DNA of 22,168 nucleotides from a virus. Its lineage: Duplodnaviria; Heunggongvirae; Uroviricota; Caudoviricetes. How positions within the stretch are numbered: the stretch's first letter is position 1; each line of letters starts with the position of its first letter. The stretch lies in the IMG/VR virus record IMGVR_UViG_3300024346_000025, positions 71,197 to 93,364 of that record; one strand, 5' to 3'. The notes beneath the pieces are model-generated. The model did no database searches. It was given only the letters and a program-made list of their open reading frames with translations, and was not told where the DNA came from. The translations under genes and the position numbers were made by a program. Of the stretch, positions 16,921-22,168 are shown piece after piece.

Positions 16921-18390
16921 TTATCCAAACTCAGGACCAAAGTCCTCAGTGAAAATTGTTGTTGCGTCTACGTACATTGTGTACGTTGCTGTATCCGTAT
17001 ATCCTATGTTATCAGTGACCGTTAGCGTGGCTGCATAATTACCAAAATTAGTGTATGTATGCGCTACCGTAACGCCAGTTGCGCCAGCAGTACCATCACC
17101 AAAGTCCCAAACGTAGCTCACAATGCTACCTCTATCTCTATAAGATGTAGAACCATCATACACTACTGTTAGCGGAGTACCACCACCCGCACCTGTGCTT
17201 GGTGTTGCAACAATGACCGCATGCGGTACCCGATCCGTCGGCGTTTCGGCTGGCGTATATGTAACAGCAGAGTCTCTTGTCCTTGCTAATACAACTTTAG
17301 ACAACGCCTGCTTCTCTGGCATTGTTGTGCCATCCTCGTTAGTTGTTATCGTGTCATTATCAACAAATGAATCTAATAACTGGTTCGCACCTGTCCACGG
17401 TAGCTTGCGCTGATCTACCTCTATTTTGTAGAATTTGCAACCTTCCCGTTTTTGATATAGCACAGGACGATCAAAATCTGTGCGCAAATAATAATCACCA
17501 TCACTCATCGTGTCAGGGAACGTATCACCACTACCGTATAGCGCAATACCGTTTGGAGGTCTACCGTCACCAGTTTTCCACTGTATCAATGACGGCGCTT
17601 GTGTCTCAGGATCTATAAGTATCCAAAGATGAGCAGCCCTATACCTTAAAGGATCATATCCGACATTTCCCGCAGCTTCCGCAATGATCGCATCCTGTAT
17701 CGTATCCTTTATCCCACCATCACCAACGGTGTCGCCTACCGTGTCCACACAGCAATCATCTGGATCAACTGGGTCTCCACTTTCAGGCCAGGAACTCCCC
17801 TGCGCCGCACGATTCAAAATATCCGTATATTCAGTGGAAGCCGGCATCATCTTTGCGCGTACACGCCAAATATGTGACCACCAGTTTGGACCGTACCCTT
17901 CTGCACTATGGGAGGCATCCTCCACAACGTAAAAACGATTTATCGCATCCTTTTCTGTATCCAGCGGATAAAATTCTCGCAGGTGAGGCAGCTCTAAAAC
18001 GTCACCAGCCATCAGTTTACGACCGAGCCTAGCAACATTTTCAGTAAGATGAAAATTCATAAAAATTGTATCTTCAGCGAGGAAAATACCAAACTGCGTA
18101 AGATCAAAATCAGTGTCACTAATAGTGTACGCACCACGCAACTCATAAATATTAGGATCATATTTGCGATTCCTGTTCTCTAAAAACAGCACATCACCAA
18201 TATCTAACTCGTTTGTAGCAACACCATCCGCTGCGGTACTGGTATTTGCATCGCCAGTTTGTTCGACTGGACCAATGTATTTGTGTACATATACACCAGT
18301 GGCACCCATGTCAATATAATCTTTGACTATACCGTCAGTATAACGATAATCTTGACCTTGACTGGGTTTCCATAAACTAATTTTCGCCAT
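16921..18390 (-). CDS. Neck / head-closure protein (T4 gp14-like) with a C-terminal PKD domain
   Basis: MAKISLWK..VYVHKYIGP, LFLENRNRKYD, FDLTQFGIFL, GRKLMAGDVLELPHL; the C-terminus has YVWDFGDG..HTY..GNYAATLTVTD. Confidence 0.75.
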   Translation of the reverse strand: MAKISLWKPSQGQDYRYTDGIVKDYIDMGATGVYVHKYIGPVEQTGDANTSTAADGVATNELDIGDVLFLENRNRKYDPNIYELRGAYTISDTDFDLTQFGIFLAEDTIFMNFHLTENVARLGRKLMAGDVLELPHLREFYPLDTEKDAINRFYVVEDASHSAEGYGPNWWSHIWRVRAKMMPASTEYTDILNRAAQGSSWPESGDPVDPDDCCVDTVGDTVGDGGIKDTIQDAIIAEAAGNVGYDPLRYRAAHLWILIDPETQAPSLIQWKTGDGRPPNGIALYGSGDTFPDTMSDGDYYLRTDFDRPVLYQKREGCKFYKIEVDQRKLPWTGANQLLDSFVDNDTITTNEDGTTMPEKQALSKVVLARTRDSAVTYTPAETPTDRVPHAVIVATPSTGAGGGTPLTVVYDGSTSYRDRGSIVSYVWDFGDGTAGATGVTVAHTYTNFGNYAATLTVTDNIGYTDTATYTMYVDATTIFTEDFGPEFG

Positions 18391-18413
18391 TCTCGACCTC
18401 TGCTAATTATAAC

Positions 18414-18421
18414 TATTTATC
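18414..18421 (-). promoter_or_regulatory. Late-promoter-like GATAAATA for the neck operon
   Basis: TATTTATC on the + strand, 23 nt upstream of ATG 18390. Confidence 0.6.
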
Positions 18422-18479
18422 AAGAAAGTTGCGATGGTAAGGGTAATAAAACCCTATCTCATACGCTTGCAAAAAGATT

Positions 18480-18487
18480 GATAAATA
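18480..18487 (+). promoter_or_regulatory. Late-promoter-like GATAAATA for the collagen-like gene
   Basis: Recurrent motif upstream of TTG 18541. Confidence 0.6.
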
Positions 18488-18540
18488 TAGTTATAGCCTG
18501 ACTGTGAATACCGCAGATAATTTGACAGGTGGAGTAGATA

Positions 18541-21500
18541 TTGTCCGTTTACTATAATCTTAAGGGCACCACGAACGGTTCATTCCAGATCGGGAAAGGT
18601 GGTCCAACGCTTACGAACAACACCGGTGACCTATCCGTAGGTACCGCTACTATCGAAGCCTCAAAATTCTTAGGCCCTGCGACCCAAAAACCAATATACG
18701 AAATAGATACTAACGCTACGTTTAGCGCGGCAACTGCTGGTCAATTATGGCACAAAGATGCAGGCGGCGCCGTAACGTTTACATGCGACAATGACGGCAC
18801 TATTCCGCAAGGCACTGGTTGGATAGTCCATAATGACGACACAGAAGACCTGACCATTGCGCAAGGTGTTGGTGTCACTGTCGCCTTTTTGGAACCTGGG
18901 ATAGCACCAGTAACGGGCAACGTTACTCTTACGCAAGGCTCATTAGCCACTGTTTACAAATATACGGATACCGAGTATTGGGTCTGGATGAGTTCACAAG
19001 GAGTCCAGGGAGTCCAAGGTATCCAGGGCGTACAAGGAACCCAAGGGACACAAGGTGTAACTGGTACGCAGGGAACGCAAGGAGTCCAAGGCACTCAAGG
19101 AGTCCAGGGAACACAAGGTGTACAGGGAGTTCAAGGAACCCAAGGGACTACAGGTACACAAGGCACTACTGGTACTCAAGGCACTACTGGTACACAGGGA
19201 ACAACTGGTACACAAGGAACCGACGGAACACAAGGTACACAAGGAGTCCAAGGAGTCCAAGGAGTTCAGGGACTACAAGGAACACAAGGCACTACTGGTA
19301 CTCAAGGCACAACTGGTACTCAAGGCACAACTGGTACACAGGGAACAACTGGCTCACAGGGTACACAAGGAGTACAGGGCGTACAGGGACTACAGGGAAC
19401 CCAAGGAGTCCAAGGAGTCCAAGGAGTTCAGGGACTACAAGGAACACAAGGAACTACGGGTAGTCAAGGAACAACTGGCTTACAAGGAATCCAAGGTGTA
19501 CAGGGAGTTCAAGGACTACAGGGTGTACAGGGAGTTCAAGGACTACAAGGTACACAGGGAACAACTGGTACTCAAGGCACGACTGGTACACAAGGAACCA
19601 CAGGCACTCAAGGCACAACTGGTACACAGGGAACAACTGGTAGCCAAGGTACACAGGGAGTTCAAGGACTACAAGGACTACAAGGAACTCAGGGAACTAC
19701 TGGTACACAAGGTACAACTGGAACGCAAGGTACAACTGGTACTCAAGGCACAACTGGTACACAGGGAACAACTGGCTCGCAAGGTACTCAAGGAGTTCAG
19801 GGCGTACAGGGACTACAGGGAACCCAAGGAGTCCAAGGAGTCCAAGGAGTTCAGGGACTACAAGGAACACAAGGCACTACTGGTACTCAAGGCACAACTG
19901 GTACACAGGGAACAACTGGCTCACAGGGTACACAAGGAGTACAGGGCGTACAGGGAGTTCAAGGCACTACTGGTACTCAAGGCACGACTGGTATATCATC
20001 CAGTTTATGGTTATATAAAACAAAGACGGGTGTAACGACAGGTGCACCAGGGTCTGGGTATTATCTGTATAATAATGCAACGCAGGCTAGTGCAACTGCA
20101 ATCAACATTAGTCATACTACCGATGCTTCTATTGACATTTCTGTTTATCTACACGGATTAGTAACTGGTAATCAGTTCACTATATTTGAAAGAACGAACT
20201 CTGCTAACTATCAGACATGGGAACTAATAGCAAATACAACACACGTTTCGACATATGATACAATATCAGTTACGCTAATTGCATCTGGCGGAACAGGTAC
20301 AACTGGATTTGCAAACAACACACAAGTAGCCATTGCTACAAATCGCCAAGGTGTACAGGGCTTACAGGGCATACAAGGAGTACAAGGAACACAAGGCACA
20401 ACTGGTACGCAAGGAACGACTGGTACGCAAGGAACGACTGGTACACAAGGAACAACTGGTAGCCAAGGTACACAAGGAGTACAAGGCGTACAGGGAATTC
20501 AAGGGCTACAAGGTACGCAAGGAGTTCAAGGGGTCCAGGGATTACAAGGAACACAAGGTGTTCAAGGTGTTCAAGGTGTTCAGGGTATTCAGGGACTACA
20601 AGGTACTCAAGGAACGACTGGTACACAAGGAACAACAGGTACTCAAGGTACGACTGGTACACAAGGCACACAGGGAGTACAGGGAGTACAGGGAGTTCAA
20701 GGACTACAAGGTACGCAAGGAGTACAGGGAGTTCAAGGACTACAAGGTACGCAAGGAGTACAGGGAGTTCAAGGGCTACAAGGAACTCAAGGTACGACTG
20801 GTACACAAGGCACACAGGGAGTACAGGGAGTTCAAGGACTACAAGGTACGCAAGGAGTACAGGGAGTTCAAGGGCTACAAGGAACTCAAGGAGTACAGGG
20901 AGTTCAAGGGCTACAAGGAACTCAAGGTACGACTGGTACACAAGGCACAACTGGTACACAAGGAACAACAGGTACACAAGGAACCACAGGCACTCAAGGC
21001 ACAACTGGTAGTCAGGGTACGCAAGGAGTACAGGGCGTACAGGGACTACAAGGAACACAAGGAATACAAGGTGTTCAGGGCATTCAAGGAATCCAAGGAG
21101 TACAGGGTTTACAGGGACGACAAGGCACAACTGGTACTCAAGGCACAACTGGTACTCAAGGCACGACTGGTACTCAAGGCACGACTGGTACACAGGGCAC
21201 GACTGGTACACAAGGTACACAAGGAGTACAGGGCGTACAGGGAATTCAAGGGCTACAAGGTACTCAGGGAGTTCAAGGTGTACAGGGACTACAAGGAACG
21301 CAAGGAATCCAGGGAGTTCAAGGGTTACAAGGAACTCAGGGAACTACTGGTACACAAGGAACCACAGGCACTCAAGGTACGACTGGTACACAGGGAACCA
21401 CAGGTTCACAAGGAACACAAGGAATCCAGGGAGTTCAAGGGCTACAAGGAACTCAAGGAGTACAGGGAGTTCAGGGCATCCAAGGTATTCAGGGAGTTCA

Positions 21501-22168
21501 GGGACTACAAGGTACTCAGGGAACAACTGGTACTCAAGGCACGACTGGTACTCAAGGCACGACTGGTACTCAAGGCACAACTGGTACACAGGGCACGACT
21601 GGTTCACAAGGAACGCAAGGAGTCCAAGGAGTCCAAGGGCTACAAGGAACACAAGGAATCCAAGGAGTCCAAGGGCTACAAGGAACGCAAGGAGTCCAAG
21701 GAGTCCAAGGAGTCCAAGGGCTACAAGGAACGCAAGGTATTCAGGGAGTTCAGGGACTACAAGGTACTCAGGGAACGACTGGTACTCAAGGTACGACTGG
21801 TACACAAGGCACAACTGGTACACAGGGAACGACTGGTACACAAGGAACAACTGGCTCGCAAGGTACTCAAGGAGTTCAAGGAGTTCAGGGACTACAGGGA
21901 ACCCAAGGAGTCCAAGGAGTTCAGGGACTACAAGGAACACAAGGCACTACTGGTACTCAAGGCACAACTGGTACACAGGGAACCACAGGCACTCAAGGCA
22001 CAACTGGCTCGCAAGGTACGCAGGGAGTACAGGGAGTTCAGGGACTACAAGGTACGCAAGGAGTACAGGGAGTTCAAGGCATCCAAGGAGTACAGGGAGT
22101 TCAAGGGCTACAAGGAACCCAAGGAACGACTGGTACACAGGGAACAACTGGAACGCAAGGTACTACAG
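18541..22168 (+). CDS. Giant collagen-like (Gly-X-Y) fibre protein, 3'-truncated, >=1209 codons; missed by the ORF track
   Basis: TTG start with GGAG SD, preceded by an in-frame TAG. It reads MSVYYNLKGTTNGSFQIGKGG... No stop was seen in the lines translated, and the Gly register is kept to the window edge. Confidence 0.9.
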   Translation, partial: MSVYYNLKGTTNGSFQIGKGGPTLTNNTGDLSVGTATIEASKFLGPATQKPIYEIDTNATFSAATAGQLWHKDAGGAVTFTCDNDGTIPQGTGWIVHNDDTEDLTIAQGVGVTVAFLEPGIAPVTGNVTLTQGSLATVYKYTDTEYWVWMSSQGVQGVQGIQGVQGTQGTQGVTGTQGTQGVQGTQGVQGTQGVQGVQGTQGTTGTQGTTGTQGTTGTQGTTGTQGTDGTQGTQGVQGVQGVQGLQGTQGTTGTQGTTGTQGTTGTQGTTGSQGTQGVQGVQGLQGTQGVQGVQGVQGLQGTQGTTGSQGTTGLQGIQGVQGVQGLQGVQGVQGLQGTQGTTGTQGTTGTQGTTGTQGTTGTQGTTGSQGTQGVQGLQGLQGTQGTTGTQGTTGTQGTTGTQGTTGTQGTTGSQGTQGVQGVQGLQGTQGVQGVQGVQGLQGTQGTTGTQGTTGTQGTTGSQGTQGVQGVQGVQGTTGTQGTTGISSSLWLYKTKTGVTTGAPGSGYYLYNNATQASATAINISHTTDASIDISVYLHGLVTGNQFTIFERTNSANYQTWELIANTTHVSTYDTISVTLIASGGTGTTGFANNTQVAIATNRQGVQGLQGIQGVQGTQGTTGTQGTTGTQGTTGTQGTTGSQGTQGVQGVQGIQGLQGTQGVQGVQGLQGTQGVQGVQGVQGIQGLQGTQGTTGTQGTTGTQGTTGTQGTQGVQGVQGVQGLQGTQGVQGVQGLQGTQGVQGVQGLQGTQGTTGTQGTQGVQGVQGLQGTQGVQGVQGLQGTQGVQGVQGLQGTQGTTGTQGTTGTQGTTGTQGTTGTQGTTGSQGTQGVQGVQGLQGTQGIQGVQGIQGIQGVQGLQGRQGTTGTQGTTGTQGTTGTQGTTGTQGTTGTQGTQGVQGVQGIQGLQGTQGVQGVQGLQGTQGIQGVQGLQGTQGTTGTQGTTGTQGTTGTQGTTGSQGTQGIQGVQGLQGTQGVQGVQGIQGIQGVQGLQGTQGTTGTQGTTGTQGTTGTQGTTGTQGTTGSQGTQGVQGVQGLQGTQGIQGVQGLQGTQGVQGVQGVQGLQGTQGIQGVQGLQGTQGTTGTQGTTGTQGTTGTQGTTGTQGTTGSQGTQGVQGVQGLQGTQGVQGVQGLQGTQGTTGTQGTTGTQGTTGTQGTTGSQGTQGVQGVQGLQGTQGVQGVQGIQGVQGVQGLQGTQGTTGTQGTTGTQGTT
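19000..19992 (+). repeat. 9-bp-period coding repeat, collagen block 1 (~110 Gly-X-Y triplets)
   Basis: GGN at every checked 9-nt position; the triplets are GTQ, GTT, GVQ, GLQ, GIQ and GSQ. Confidence 0.95.
20350..22168 (+). repeat. 9-bp-period coding repeat, collagen block 2 (>=202 Gly-X-Y triplets)
   Basis: Gly register is conserved at checked positions 20350, 21061, 21124 and 22141. Confidence 0.95.

Noticed and set aside
18978-22147. ORF-track calls in other frames and strands of the repeat region (e.g. 19118-20035, 20336-21220, 21344-21940)
   Set aside because: They are shadow frames of the 9-bp Gly-X-Y repeat; the frame starting at 18541 has an SD, a promoter and globular domains.
19000-22168. 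CRISPR array or DGR variable repeat
   Set aside because: It is a continuous 9-nt coding periodicity with third-position variation, no unique spacers and no adenine-specific template/variable pair.
1-22168. Stop-codon reassignment as seen in some jumbo phages
   Set aside because: All recognisable genes are full length under code 11, with no in-frame TAG/TGA interruptions.

Overview
This window is a fragment of a large T4-like (myovirus, probably jumbo) phage genome using the standard genetic code. From left to right it holds: a 5'-truncated gp46/SbcC/Rad50 ATPase and a Holliday junction resolvase; an ORF-poor, hairpin-rich ~0.9 kb region (candidate large structured RNA and/or origin); a leftward unit (gp26-like protein with an unannotated gp51-like frame reachable only by a -1 frameshift, a degenerate ATP-grasp-like protein and a small protein); a rightward unit (tape-measure-like protein, portal, two prohead core-like proteins, protease, scaffold, major capsid protein, Thr-rich fibre-like protein); a leftward neck/tail-completion unit (neck protein with PKD domain, C1q/BclA-like protein, gp15-like protein, Nudix hydrolase); and a >1200-codon proline-free Gly-X-Y collagen-like gene that the ORF track missed because it runs off the right edge. 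A recurring (G/T)ATAAATA motif looks like the phage late promoter. All family assignments come from motif recognition only; no database searches or folding programs were run. The top candidates for novelty are the 2175-2990 structured element, the gp26/gp51-like -1 frameshift and the block-structured collagen-like fibre.
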